Assembly (NCBI GenBank): GCA_963716345.1
Contig: OY970304.1
Span: 2,075,483 to 2,139,482, forward strand
Origin: an uncultured Solirubrobacterales bacterium
GTDB taxonomy: Bacteria; Actinomycetota; Thermoleophilia; Solirubrobacterales; 70-9
Length of the DNA: 64,000 nt
Reading direction: 5' to 3'
The notes under the pieces are model-generated. The model did no database searches. It was given only the letters and a program-made list of their open reading frames with translations, and had not been told where the DNA came from. Below are positions 1-12,037 of the stretch, in pieces (the first letter of the stretch is position 1; every line of letters starts with the position of its first letter). A program made the translations under genes and the position numbers.

Positions 1-1842
1 AAAAGGCTTCCCCCTCCAACGCCCCCTACGTGTTCAACGCCGACGGCAGCCTCAACGAACGGCTGCCGACCAGCTTCGCGGGCGGAGAAGAAGCTGTGGA
101 AGCGCTAGGGTGCCCTTACCCGAGCATTAGGTACTCCGTCGCGTACTGCACCGGCGATGTCACCGCCTCGGCCGACCTAGGCCACTTTGTCTTCTCCTCT
201 AACAAAGCCTCCTTCGCCGAAGGAGAAGGCTTGGAAGAGGCGCCGGGATCGGCCTATGACAATGATCTCGCCACTAACACCGTTTCGCTGATCTCGCTCG
301 ACTCGGCCGGGCACCCGATCGCACAGGATCCGAGCTTCGCCAACGTTCTTCCTGAATGCGATGGTCTGTGCCAAGGAAGCGAAGGAAGAATCGAAGCTCC
401 GGGTGGAAAAGAAGAGTTCATCCGCTTTCCAGGAGTCTCTTCCGACGGTTCCCACATTCTGATGTCGACGGCGACTGCCCAGACCCATTTCTGCACGCGA
501 GGAAGCAGCACTCCCGAACCCTGCCAGCGCTTCACCGACACCTCGCTCCACCTCTACATGCGCGTCAACGACGCGATCTCCTACGAACCCTCACGCGGCG
601 AAGACGGCGTGAACCACGCGGTCAAGTTCCTCGGCATGACACCCGACGGCTCCAAAGTGTTCTTCACCTTCTGAAGAACAGCTAACCGCCGAAGACAAGG
701 ACACCAGCACCGACCTCTACATGTGGTCGGAGGCTACGGACTCGCTGACGCTGGTCTCAAAGGGAGACAACGCCGGCAACGCCGGCGAACCAGGACAGAG
801 CGACGGCTGCAATGCGAACGCATCTTGGACCACCAAGTGCGATATCCAGCCCAATGAAAACTACGAGTGGTCATTGCTGCCAGGCGGCGAGGGGGGAAAC
901 GGCATCGCCGACAGCGCGATCACTCCCAACGGCGACATCTACTTCTACTCGCCCGAGCAGCTCGACGGCGACAGGGGGGTCCTGGGCGGTCAGAATCTCT
1001 ACGACTATCGCGGTGGCAAGGCGCAGTTCGTGGCGACGCTTGAATCGGAAGAGAAATGCCGCCCGACGGTGCCGGCCCCAACCACCGGGGACTTGGGCCT
1101 CTGTTCCGAAGGCCCGATCGTGCGCTTTGAGGTCACCCCCGACGACAGCCGCGCCGCCTTCCTCACGACCACTCAGCTGACCTCCTATGACAACGCCGGC
1201 CACATCGAGATGTATTCCTTCACCCCTTCCAGCGGGGAAATCGTCTGCGACTCCTGCCGTCCTGACGGCAAAGCGCCGACCGACGACGTCAAAGCAAGCC
1301 AGGACGGTCGTTTCATCACCAACGACGGCCGGGTCTTCTTCTCCACCGCTGATCCCTTGGTGGCGCAGGACACCAACGAAGGCACTGACGTCTATGAGTA
1401 CGTTGACGGACGCCCGCAGCTGATCACGCCGGGGACGGGGACTGCCACGCCGCCCGGCGGTCCGATTAACTACTCCGGCTTCGCAGAGCAGGCTGGCCTA
1501 GTCGGGGTCAGCAACGACGGCACCGACGTCTACTTCGACACCTTCGACACCCTCACCAGCGAAGACCACAACGGCAACTTCCTCAAGTTCTATGACGCCC
1601 GCGTCAACGGCGGCTTTGCCCAACCGACGCCAGTGCCTCCTTGTAAGGCGGCCGAAGAATGCCACGGCGCCGGCGGCTCAGCTCCGGCCCTGCCGACTCA
1701 AGGCACCGCCGCCGCAATCAGCGGCGGCAACGCCAAGCAGAAGACGGCGGCAAAGCACAAGCGCAAGGCCAAGAAGCACAAGAAGGCGGCAAAGCGCCAC
1801 CGTGCACGAGCCGCCAATAGCAAGTGGAGGGCGGGCAAGTGA
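1..1842 (+). CDS. Beta-propeller repeat protein (PD40/TolB-like repeats), 5'-partial so no N-terminus or signal peptide is visible. The frame is broken once near 665-672. C-terminal C-x5-CHGA motif and Lys/His/Arg-rich tail (module A, copy 1).
   Basis: The frame of ORF 30..674 stays open back to nt 3, so the gene enters from upstream. ORFs 30..674 and 721..1842 join as ...DGSKVFFT(F)|SEEQLTAEDKDTSTDLYMWSEATDSLTLVSKG. This parallels ...DGSKVFFTTTDELLSEDEDESADLYAATISGESASLTLLSTG in 4697..9317. Repeated (S/T)xDGxxvxF propeller-like motifs. Tail is KHKRKAKKHKKAAKRHRARA. Confidence 0.6.
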
Positions 1843-4700
1843 GCGCCAAGGCAAGAGCTGTCGCTTTCACCGTGATGCTGTCGGTCATGGCACTGCTGCC
1901 GAGCACCGCCGCCCAAGCGATTCCGATCGAATCCTTCAGCGCCCTGCCCACCTCTACCCAGGCCGGAGGGCACCCCGACGTTGCCTTCTCTTTCACGATG
2001 GGAAATCGCCAGTTGGCCTCTCCTGACCCTTGCGCCTGCAGGGACGCCAGGACTATAGGCGTGCACCTGCCGACCGGGCTGATCGGCAACCCTCATGCGA
2101 CCCCGCAGTGCGACATCGCCAGCTTCTCCTCCGAACAGTGTCCGGTCGATTCGCAGATCGGGGTGGTCGAAATCAAAGTATCTGGCAAGCCAGGCGATCC
2201 AGAAGGTGGGGGCATTGCCGCCAATTCCCCAAGCTTTCTGGCGCCCGTGTACAACCTCATACCTCCTCCCGGAGATGTCGCCCTGCTTGGCTTCAAGGCC
2301 GTCTTCAACTTTCCCATCTTTACCGTGGTCGGCGCTCGCACCGACAGCGACTACGGTGTCGATGCGACGGTCGAAAACGTCATTCACTTTTTTCCGCTGC
2401 GTAGCGTCAAGCAGGTGCTCTGGGGAGTGCCGGCCGATCCCAGCCATGACGATCTGCGGTTCGGGCTGGGGCAGCAGGTACAAGCGGAAGGCAAGCTCTG
2501 CGACGACAACGGCAATCCAAGCACGAACGACCCCTCGACGATGAAACACCTCTGCCTCTTCGGCGGGAAAATCGGCTCGGTTGGCGCCGATGGCGTCGAA
2601 GGCCCCGGCCACGTCGTCTCCTCCAACAGCCCCCTAACCCCTTTCTGGCAGAACCCAACCACCTGCGGGGAATCCCTAGCCACGTCCCTGGACATCCTCG
2701 GCTACGACGACTCAGAAACCCACGCCGACAGCCTCTGGCCCCCCACAACAGACTGCGGCCAGTTGAGCTTCAACCCATCCCTCTTCGCCCGCCCCACAAC
2801 AGAATCAACCGATTCCCCCTCGGGCATAGACGTAGACCTAAAAGCCCCCTCCTTTGAGAGCCCAGACACCCCCTCTCCCTCAGAGATCAGGGGCACCACG
2901 GTCACCCTGCCCCCGGGCTTCTCGATCAACCCCAACGCCGCAGACGGCAAGACCTCCTGCCTGGACCAAGAAGCCAAGTTCGGCACCACAGAAGAAGCCC
3001 AGTGCCCTGAGTTCTCAAAGATCGGCACCCTTGAAGTCCACAGCCCGGTCCTCCCAGGCGTCCTCCCCGGAGCCATCTACATCGGCCACCCCCAAGAAGG
3101 CAAGCGCTACCGCCTCTTCCTCACCTTCGATGGCTTTGGCGTCCACGTAAAGCTCCCGGGAGAGGTCCACCCCGATCCCCAAACAGGCCAGGTCATAACC
3201 GAATTCAAGGACCTGCCCCAGTTCCCCTTCGAAGACTTCAACCTGCACTTCTTTGGCTCTGAACGAGGAGTCCTGGCGACCCCAAGCCAATGCGGCACCT
3301 ATCCGGTCTCCACCCTCTTCGAACCCTGGGACGGCTCCTTGCCAAACCAGACCTCGACCCAGTTCTTCAGCCTGACCTCCGGCCCAGGAGGGACTCCCTG
3401 CCCCAACGGCCCAAGGCCCTTCAACCCGGGCTTCGGAGCAGCCTCCTCCACCAACACCGCCGGCTCCCACACCGGCTTCTCCTTGAACCTGACAAGGCCA
3501 GACGGCGATCAGAACCTCAGCGCCCTTGACGTAACCACCCCGCCCGGCTTCTCGGCCACCCTCAAAGGCATCCCCTACTGCCCCGAGGCAGCGATCGCCG
3601 CCGCAGGGGCAGGCGTCTACTCAGGCGCCCAAGAGCAATCCCACCCCTCCTGTCCCCAGGCAAGCCTCGTAGGAGAAGCGATCGCCGGCTCAGGAGCAGG
3701 CACCCACCCCTTCTACGCCCCGGGAAGGGTCTACCTAGCCGGCCCCTACAAAGGCGCCCCACTGAGCCTGGTCGTGATCACCCCAGCCGTCTCAGGCCCC
3801 TATGACCTCGGAGACGTCGTAGTCAGGACAGCCCTCTACGTCAACCAGACCACGACCCAGGTCTCAGCAGTCTCAGACCCCTTGCCCCAGATCCTCGCCG
3901 GCATCCCATTGCGCCTGCGCTCGATCATGGTCAACCTCAACCGCCAAGGATTCGCCCTCAACCCAACCAACTGCGATCCCTTCTCGACCCAAGCCACGGT
4001 CTTCGGAAGTGAAGGAGCCACCAAGAGCCTTGCCTCCCACTTCCAGGTCGCCAACTGCGCCCGCTTGGACTTCGAACCGAAGCTCGAAACCTCAATCATC
4101 GGCCCGACCAAAAACGGCGCCACCCCTCGCTTCAAGGCGGTCCTGCGGATGCCCCAAGGCGGCGCCAACATCGAACACGTCGCGGTCACCCTGCCGCACT
4201 CCGAGTTCCTCAAACAGGCCCACATCAGAACCGTCTGCACCAGACCCCAGCTCGCCTCCCACAGCTGCCCAGCCGGATCTGTCTATGGCTTTGCCAGAGC
4301 CGAGACCCCGCTGCTAGACAAACCGCTGGAAGGCCCGGTCTACCTCGGCACCGGCTACGGGCACAAGCTGCCCGACCTGATCGCCGAACTAAACGGCCAG
4401 ATCCACGTGATCTTGGACGGCATCATCGACACCGGCAAGGGCGGCGGGATCAGAAACACCTTCGAAATCGTCCCCGATGCCCCCGTCTCCAAGTTCACCT
4501 TGGAAATGCAGGGAGGCAACAAAGGCCTGCTGGAAAACTCAAACGTCTGTGCCCAGCGCAACTACCTGACCGCCAAGTTCTTCGCACAGAACGGCAAGAC
4601 AAGCGTCTCGCACCCGCTGATGCAAGACGGCTGCGGGGCCAAAGGAAGGCACGAACGCCACAAGCGAGACGCCAAGCGCAACCGGGGGGTGGGTAAGTGA
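1839..4700 (+). CDS. Secreted ~950-aa protein of unknown function (module B, copy 1). The mature N-terminus carries the motif QAGGHPD.
   Basis: ORF 1824..4700. Preferred start is GTG 1839, which overlaps the upstream TGA (GTGA), with GGAGGG 7 nt upstream. SAKARAVAFTVMLSVMALLPSTAAQA looks like a Sec signal peptide. Collinear with 9314..12022 over its whole length. I recognise no known domain. Confidence 0.7.
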   Translation: MSAKARAVAFTVMLSVMALLPSTAAQAIPIESFSALPTSTQAGGHPDVAFSFTMGNRQLASPDPCACRDARTIGVHLPTGLIGNPHATPQCDIASFSSEQCPVDSQIGVVEIKVSGKPGDPEGGGIAANSPSFLAPVYNLIPPPGDVALLGFKAVFNFPIFTVVGARTDSDYGVDATVENVIHFFPLRSVKQVLWGVPADPSHDDLRFGLGQQVQAEGKLCDDNGNPSTNDPSTMKHLCLFGGKIGSVGADGVEGPGHVVSSNSPLTPFWQNPTTCGESLATSLDILGYDDSETHADSLWPPTTDCGQLSFNPSLFARPTTESTDSPSGIDVDLKAPSFESPDTPSPSEIRGTTVTLPPGFSINPNAADGKTSCLDQEAKFGTTEEAQCPEFSKIGTLEVHSPVLPGVLPGAIYIGHPQEGKRYRLFLTFDGFGVHVKLPGEVHPDPQTGQVITEFKDLPQFPFEDFNLHFFGSERGVLATPSQCGTYPVSTLFEPWDGSLPNQTSTQFFSLTSGPGGTPCPNGPRPFNPGFGAASSTNTAGSHTGFSLNLTRPDGDQNLSALDVTTPPGFSATLKGIPYCPEAAIAAAGAGVYSGAQEQSHPSCPQASLVGEAIAGSGAGTHPFYAPGRVYLAGPYKGAPLSLVVITPAVSGPYDLGDVVVRTALYVNQTTTQVSAVSDPLPQILAGIPLRLRSIMVNLNRQGFALNPTNCDPFSTQATVFGSEGATKSLASHFQVANCARLDFEPKLETSIIGPTKNGATPRFKAVLRMPQGGANIEHVAVTLPHSEFLKQAHIRTVCTRPQLASHSCPAGSVYGFARAETPLLDKPLEGPVYLGTGYGHKLPDLIAELNGQIHVILDGIIDTGKGGGIRNTFEIVPDAPVSKFTLEMQGGNKGLLENSNVCAQRNYLTAKFFAQNGKTSVSHPLMQDGCGAKGRHERHKRDAKRNRGVGK

Positions 4701-7700
4701 AGCGCCTAGTCCGACATCTTCCCGTCGTGGGGATCTTGATCGCCGCTTCCTTGGCGCTCAGCGCTTCCTCAGCCTCAGCCCTCTCCAAACACGTCTTTGC
4801 GACCTCCTTCGCAGGCTCAGGCACCAACGCCCTCTCCAACCCCTCTGACGTCGACATCGACCAGAGCAACGGCGACGTCTACGTCACCGATCCCGCTCAC
4901 TTCCGCATCGAGAAGTTCGATGCCTCGGGCAACTTCATCCTGATGTTCGGCAAGGGGGTCGATGCGACTACTGGCGGGGATGTGTGCACGGAGGCTTCGG
5001 GGGATGTCTGTCAGGCCGGGGCCAAGGGGAGTGGGCCGGGGGCTTTTGATGGGGAATTTGAAAGCGAAGGCGTTCAAGAACGCCTCTTCCTCGCCGTCGA
5101 CAACTCCGGCGGCCCATCCAACGGCGACATCTACGTCGGCGATCCGGCCACCAGCCTGGTCCAGAAGTTCGACTCCGCAGGCAACCTGATCACTAGCTGG
5201 GGCAAAGGCGGGCAGCTCGACGGGGCTGCTGAACATGAAAAGAAGTTCTTTCCCGACGGATTGCAGGGAATAGCCGTCAATCCAAGTGGGACCCTCTACG
5301 TGTTGGCTGGATACCTCAAGCTTGAGTTCTTCGAGTTTGAACAGGACGGCACGCCTATAAAGCAGCTCTTTGGGGAAGTTTTCCCTACTATCACCGGGCT
5401 CGCCGTTGATGGGGTGGGTGACCTCTATGTCCCAGGGGGATCCTCTGTCTTCAAGCTCGCGCCCAATCCCAAAGAAAAGATCGGCGCCGTAAACGCAGAA
5501 AGTAACGGGTTCGGAGTCTCCGGCTTGCGCATCGATCCGTCCTCAAACGACCTCTACCTCACCCACTTCCACGCCACCGAACACGACGGCGTGATCGAAC
5601 ACTTCTCTGCCGCCTGCAACCCGATTCCCAACCCCTGTGAAGCGGCCGATAGCTTCGGCGAAGGCAACCTGAACGAACCGCGCGGCGTCGCAATCAACGA
5701 CGCAACCGGCGCCGCCTATGTAGCCGACACTGGCAACGGCCGGGTGGCGGTCTTTACGGCAGAACCATTCCTTCCCGACGCCACGGCTGCGGCCGAAGCG
5801 CAGACTCCAAGCACGGAGGAACTCAAAGGAAAAGCCGACCCCGCAGGCGCCGGCCCGATCACCGCCTGCCACTTCCAATACGTCAGCGATGCCGCCTTTG
5901 ACAAAGAAGCCTTCGCCGATCTCAGCTCGGGCGGCAGCGTTCCCTGCGCCGAGGGCCAGTCTCTGGCCTCTGCCACAGAAGTCCATGGCGAACTGAGCGG
6001 CCTCACCTATGGCTCGGAATACCACTACCGCCTCTTGCTCGAAAACGCCAAAGGCACCAACGCCAGCTTTGATCAGAGCTTTGAGTCCTTGCCCCTGGCG
6101 CCGAGCCTTGAAGCCGAGTCGGCATCAAACGTCAACTCCGACACCGCCCGCATCCATGCCCTGATCAACCCCAACGGGGGAGACGCCACCTACCACACGA
6201 CCTACCACGTGGAATACGTCACTCAGGAAGGCTTTGAAGTGGGCGAATTCTCAGGAGCCCTGCAGAGCAAAAGCATCGACGCCGGCTCGGCCAGGACCCC
6301 CCAGGCGATCACCGCCCAGCTCTCGGGTCTTGCCGCCGACACCACCTACCACTACCGGGTGGTAGCCCAGAACGCCTCAGGCACGACCAAAGGCACTCCG
6401 CGCACCTTCACGACCTTCCCTACCGCGACCCCGACCATCGACCCCTGCTCCAACGCCCACGTGCGCCAGCAGACCGGCGCGGTTCGTCTCTTGGACTGTC
6501 GTGCCTATGAGCTGGTCTCCGCCGCCAACACCGGCGGCTATGACGTCGAGTCGAGCCTGATCGCAGGCCAAAGCCCCTTCCCGGGCTACCCAGAGGCAGA
6601 AGGCAAGGTCCTCTACGGCGTCCACAACGGCGGCATTCCCGGTACCGATCACCCGACCAACAAAGGCCTTGACCCCTATATCGCCACCAGGGGAGAAAAC
6701 GGCTGGGAAACCCAATACGAGGGAGTCCCCTCAAATGACCCCTACTCCGCCGCCCCCTTCTCCTCGCTGCCAACCGGGGCCAGCCAAGATCTGAAGACCC
6801 TTGCATTCGGAGCACCAGGTGGCTGCTCGCCTTGCTTTGAAGGCGGCTATACGGGCATCCCGCTGAGAAGGCCAAACGGAGAACTGGTCAACGGCATGGT
6901 CGGACCTGAAAACCCGGGCCCCACTGCCAAATCCCAAGGCCTGGTTGCAAAGCCCCTCTCAGCCGACGGCTCCCACTTCGTCTTTGGCTCGACCTCGAAG
7001 TTCACCGCAGACGCAAACGAAGGGCAGCTTGGGATCTATGACCGCAACCTGAACACCAACCAGACCTACCTCATCTCAAAGACCCCCGGCGAAGCGCAGA
7101 TGAGCGGAGCAGAAGTCGCAGAGCTAGACATCTCCAAAGACGGCTCCCACGTCCTGCTCGGCCAGCTTGTCTCCGAAGAAGAAGGAAACAAGCTCTACCA
7201 CCTTCTATCTGAACGTCGGGGACTCCTCAAAGACGATCGACTTGACCCCTGGGACCACCACTGGCGTTCTCTATGCCGGCATGTCTTCCGATGGCTCCAA
7301 GGTCTTCTTCACGACCACCGACGAACTGCTCTCCGAAGACGAAGATGAAAGCGCTGACCTCTACGCGGCAACCATCTCCGGCGAAAGCGCCAGCCTCACA
7401 TTGCTCTCTACCGGCTCGGAAGGAACCGGCAACACCGATGCCTGCAACCCAGCCGCCAACTCCGCTCACGAGCATTGGAACACGAAGGGCGAAGAAGCCA
7501 ACTGCGGCGTAGTCGCAGTTGGCGGTGGTGGGGGAGTGGCCTCCGAAGAGGGCTCTGTCTACTTCCTCTCGCCCGAGCGCCTTGACGGCTCCTCTAACGG
7601 GACCGAGGATGCGCCGAACCTCTACCTGGCGAGCCCCGGCTCGGCGCCTCGATACGTGACGACACTTGAATCGGTTGTTAACGGGCCCCAGCCACCGGCC

Positions 7701-9317
7701 CAACAGCATGCCTTCGATCACGAATTCGGCTCCTTTGGCGAAGCCACCGGGATCGCAGTCGATCACGCAGACGGGAGTGTCTATGTGCTTGACCTCGAAA
7801 CCAACACGGTCAAGAAGTTCGATGCCTCCGGCAACCTGGTGACCTCCTTCGGGGACAGCAGTCCCGCTCACGACGGCAAATTGGCAGGCCTCGAAACACC
7901 GGCAGGCTCCTTCGCTGGAATTGCGAGCATCGGTCCGACTCAGCTCGCGGTCGACAACGACCCCTCCAGCCCCTCCTTCGGTGACCTCTACGTCCCCGAC
8001 ATGGTCAACAGTGTCGTTGATCGCTTCAGCCCCGAAGGCCACTATGAAGGTCAGATCGGTACCACCTTCCCGATCGGCGTCGCCGTCAACCAAGCAAACG
8101 GCCACCTCTACGTCTCGAGCTTCTTCGGTCACGCCGAAGCCTTCGACGCCGAAGGCAACCCGGTTTCACCGACTGCCTTTCCAATCGCAGCCTTCACTCC
8201 CTCGGCGATCGCTGTCGATACGACCGGGACGATCTATGTCGCCAGCGCCGAAGGCACCGCCACCTATGACTCGAGTGGAGTCAAAACCGGCACGCTCGAC
8301 GCCAACCCCTCCACCGGGGTGAGCGTTGATCCCTCCACCAACGACATCTACGTCAACGAGGGCAACCAAGTCGTGCAGTTCAACTCCTCCGGCCAAAAGC
8401 TCACCGTCACCGGCGCGGACAGGCTCTCGCACTCCAGTGGGACCGCGATCGACCCAGGCGGCGAGCTCTACGCCACCAACGTCAGCGGCAAGAGCATCGC
8501 GGTGTTCCACCCCGCGGCGCTCACTCCCAGCCCGCTGATCGACAACCCGCTGGTGGTGGACTCGGTCAGTGAACCGGGGACACGCAGAACCGCCGACTTC
8601 CAGGTAACCCCCTCTGACAACTACGCCGCCTTCAGCTCCACCCTCGCCCTGGCAGGCGGCGAAGAAGAACCATCAGGCCACCCCCAGGTCTACCGCTACG
8701 CGTCTTCCTCGGAAGCGATCCAGTGCATCTCCTGCACCAAGACCGGCGCCCCCTCGGCAGGCGACGCCTCATTGGCCCCCAACGGCCTCAGCCTGCTCCA
8801 AGACGGAAGGGTCTTCTTCGACTCCACCGACCAGCTGGTCAACTCAGACACCGACGGCCGCCGCGACGCCTATGAGTTCTCCGAACCAGGCCAGGGCAAC
8901 TGCACCCCCGAAAGCCCCGCCTACGCCAAAGCAACAGGCACCTGCCTAGCGCTGATCTCGGCCGGCACCAGCCCCTTTGACTCGGGCCTGTTGACCGCTA
9001 CCTCAAACGGCAAAGACGCCTTCTTCTTTACCCGCGACAGCTTGGCCCCGCAAGACAAAAACGGCTCGACGATGAAGCTCTATGACGCTAGGGAAGGCGG
9101 TGGCTTTGCCTTCAGCCCCGATCCCAACACCTGCCAGGCCTCTGATGAGTGCCACGGGGCGGCAAGCCCCACACCGGGCCCTGTTCAGGTCGGTTCTGTC
9201 GCAGGAACGGCTGGCAACGAAAAGGCGTCGAAGAAGAAGGGCCACAAGAAGAAGCACCACAAACGCAAGAAGAGCCATCACAAGCGAGCCAACCACAAGC
9301 GCGGAGGTTCCAAGTGA
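4697..9317 (+). CDS. Secreted NHL-repeat / FN3-like / PD40-like beta-propeller protein (~1540 aa). The frame is broken once near 7198-7201. C-terminal C-x5-CHGA motif and polybasic tail (module A, copy 2).
   Basis: ORFs 4697..7348 and 7167..9317 join as ...EEEGNKLYH|FYLNVGDSSKTIDLTPG.... GTG 4697 overlaps the upstream TGA. Signal peptide MKRLVRHLPVVGILIAASLALSASSASA. NHL-like repeats include GDVYVTDPAHFRIEKFDASGNFI, GDIYVGDPATSLVQKFDSAGNLI and GSVYVLDLETNTVKKFDASGNLV. Two FN3-like segments end in YHYRL/YHYRV. The C-terminal third is collinear with 1..1842, including KLYDAREGGGFA and the tail KKKGHKKKHHKRKKSHHKRANHKR. Confidence 0.65.
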
Positions 9318-12022
9318 GGGCCCTGAAGACAAGCGCTGCCCTGGTGATCGCTTTGCTCGCAGTGCTCGGGCTCTCTAGCTCCGCCCTTGCCTCCGAGCCA
9401 ATCGAAGCCTTCACCACGACGATGTCAACCTCACAAGCCGGCGGGCACCCCGACATCACCACCAACTTCACCCTGGGTAACCCCGGAGCACCAGAGGCAG
9501 CCCAAAACGTGATCTTTGAGGCCCCCACCGGCCTCTTTGGCAACCCCACCGCGGCAACCGAATGCCAGGCCGATGATTTCGCCCTCGATCAGTGCCCCCC
9601 CAACTCCCAAGTCGGCCTGATCACCCTCCACGCCAACTATGAAGGCAACCCCAACTACCTCCTAGGCACAGCCCCGATCTTCACCGTCGTCCCCCAAAAC
9701 GGCGACACCGCCCGCTTCTCTTTCATCGTCCCGGTGCTAGGTATCCCGATCGCGATCCCAGTAGCGGTTAGGACCACAACCGACTACGGCTTGCGCTTCA
9801 CGGTCAAAGACATCTCCCAGCTCACCCCCCTGGCCTCTGCCTCGCTGACCTTCTGGGGCTTCCCCGCCGATGAAGAACACGACATCCAGCGCTTTGGGAA
9901 GGGCTCACCCGGGCACCCAGCAGGCTGCCCCAAAGAAGAAGGCACGGCCTGCATCACTGAAGGGACCGAAGCAAGCATCACCCCGACCCCCCTTACCGAC
10001 AACCCGACCACCTGCACCGGGGAAGCCCTCTCAGCTGCCTTGGAAGTGCAGACCTACCAAGACCCCGAACACCTCACCCAGGCCCACTCCACCTACCCGC
10101 CGATCACAGGTTGTGAGAAAGAGGTCTTCAAACCGGTCCTCCAAGCCTCCCCGACCACAAGCCAGACAGACTCGGCCTCGGGGCTAAACGTCGAGCTGCG
10201 CTCACCGCAGTTCCTAACCCGCGCAGCAGCTCCCTCCCAGATCAAATCGGCCCTGGTCACCCTGCCTGAAGGCTTCACGGTCAACCCCGACGCCGCCGAC
10301 GGCCAATCGGCCTGCACCGATGCCCAGGCCAACTTCAACTCAGAGGGCCCAGATAACTGCCCCGACTCAGCCAAGATCGGCACCTTTGCGATCGGCACCC
10401 CCGCCCTCCCAGAACCCCTAGAAGGAGCCGTCTACATCGGCCAACCCAAAGCAGGGGACCAATACCGCCTCTTTGAGTTCACCCACGGCTTTGGGATCAA
10501 CTCCAAGCTGGTTGGCTCGGTGATCCCAAACCCGATCACCGGCCGCCTCGCAGTCAGCTTCCCCAACCTGCCCCAGGCCCCCTTCGAAGACTTCCAGCTA
10601 CACCTCTTCTCCGGCGAACGCGGCCTCCTGGCAACGCCCAACTACTGCTCGGTCTATGCCGTCAGCGCTGAGTTTCACCCTTGGAACTCGACCCTCGCCG
10701 AACAGACCTCCGTTCAGCACTTCGGCCTTTCATCCGGCCCCGGCGGGGCTCCCTGCCCCGGGCAGGTGCGCCCCTTCTCACCCACCCTCTTTGCCGGCAC
10801 CTCAAACGCCTCAGCGGGTGAGCACTCCTCTTTCTCCTTGCGCCTCGACCGCGAAGACGGCAACCAGCTCTTGGGCAAGCTCGGCTTCACCATGCCCCCG
10901 GGCCTCTTGGCAAACCTGCACGGGGTTAGCTACTGCCCCGAGGCCCAGATCGCCGCCGCCGCGCAGCGCTCGGGCCTAAGCGAGCAGGCCACACCCAGCT
11001 GCCCCGCCGCCTCACAGATCGGCACCACCAACGTCGCCGCCGGCCCCGGCTCTCACCCCTTCCACGCCACCGGGCGGATCTACTTCGCCGGGCCCTTCTC
11101 CGGAGCGCCGCTCTCACTGGTCGCGATCACCCCGGCCCTGGCCGGCCCCTATGACTACGGCACCGTGGTCGTCAGAGTGGCGCTTCGCATCGACCCGCTC
11201 GATGCCCACGTCTTCGCCGACTCAGAAGTCGTCCCGGAGATCCTCGGCGGGGTGCCATTGCGCCTGCGCCAGATCCAGGTCAACATCGACCGCCCCAACT
11301 TCATGGTCAACCCGACCAACTGCGAACCGATGTCGATCGGCTCGCGCGGAATCGGCGACCAGGGCACCCTCGCCTCCTTTAGCTCCTACTTCAACGCGGT
11401 CAACTGCTCCACCTTGCCCTTCGCCCCGAAGATGAGCGTGACCCAGCTCGGCGGCCACAAGCAGGCCAAGCGCGCCGCTGATCCCGCCCTGCGCTTTGAC
11501 CTGCGCACAAAGCCCGGCGAAGCCAACGTCCGCTCGCTGGCGCTGACCCTGCCCAGGGCCTTTGGGATCGACCAGCGCCACCTCGGCAACATCTGCTCCA
11601 AGTCCCAACTACAGCGCGAACACTGCGCCGGGCGCCAGCCGATCGGCAACGTGATCACCGAAACCCCGCTCTTGGAAGCCCCGCTTAGCGGCCCCGCCTA
11701 CGCGGTCTCTGGCTATGGCAAGTTGCCCCACCTCGCCTTCATCCTCTCCGGGCAGGTAACGGTGATCCCCGAAGCGATGTCCTCGACGGTCAAGGGCGGG
11801 CGCCTAAGGACAGTGGTGCCAGTCATCCCCGATGCCCCGATCGGCCACTTCGCCCTCACCCTGCTAGGCGGCAAACAAGGCTACATCCGCAACTTCGCCA
11901 ACCTCTGCGCCGCCCCGACCACCACCACGGTCGAATACAGCGGCCAAAACGGCAAGACCCACACCGAACAGGTGAGGACCAAGGCCGCCTGCGCCGCCAA
12001 GGCCAAGCAGCACAAAAAGTAA
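9314..12022 (+). CDS. Secreted ~900-aa protein of unknown function (module B, copy 2), paralog of 1839..4700.
   Basis: ORF 9149..12022. Preferred start is GTG 9314, which overlaps the upstream TGA, with GGAGG 6 nt upstream. Signal peptide VRALKTSAALVIALLAVLGLSSSALA. Motifs shared with copy 1: QAGGHPD, LP.GF..NP.AADG..C.D, LPQ.PFEDF.LH.F..ERG.LATP, GPYD.G.VVVR, PLRLR.I.VN..R..F..NPTNC.P. Confidence 0.7.
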   Translation: MRALKTSAALVIALLAVLGLSSSALASEPIEAFTTTMSTSQAGGHPDITTNFTLGNPGAPEAAQNVIFEAPTGLFGNPTAATECQADDFALDQCPPNSQVGLITLHANYEGNPNYLLGTAPIFTVVPQNGDTARFSFIVPVLGIPIAIPVAVRTTTDYGLRFTVKDISQLTPLASASLTFWGFPADEEHDIQRFGKGSPGHPAGCPKEEGTACITEGTEASITPTPLTDNPTTCTGEALSAALEVQTYQDPEHLTQAHSTYPPITGCEKEVFKPVLQASPTTSQTDSASGLNVELRSPQFLTRAAAPSQIKSALVTLPEGFTVNPDAADGQSACTDAQANFNSEGPDNCPDSAKIGTFAIGTPALPEPLEGAVYIGQPKAGDQYRLFEFTHGFGINSKLVGSVIPNPITGRLAVSFPNLPQAPFEDFQLHLFSGERGLLATPNYCSVYAVSAEFHPWNSTLAEQTSVQHFGLSSGPGGAPCPGQVRPFSPTLFAGTSNASAGEHSSFSLRLDREDGNQLLGKLGFTMPPGLLANLHGVSYCPEAQIAAAAQRSGLSEQATPSCPAASQIGTTNVAAGPGSHPFHATGRIYFAGPFSGAPLSLVAITPALAGPYDYGTVVVRVALRIDPLDAHVFADSEVVPEILGGVPLRLRQIQVNIDRPNFMVNPTNCEPMSIGSRGIGDQGTLASFSSYFNAVNCSTLPFAPKMSVTQLGGHKQAKRAADPALRFDLRTKPGEANVRSLALTLPRAFGIDQRHLGNICSKSQLQREHCAGRQPIGNVITETPLLEAPLSGPAYAVSGYGKLPHLAFILSGQVTVIPEAMSSTVKGGRLRTVVPVIPDAPIGHFALTLLGGKQGYIRNFANLCAAPTTTTVEYSGQNGKTHTEQVRTKAACAAKAKQHKK

Positions 12023-12037
12023 GAGAGGAACTCCTAG

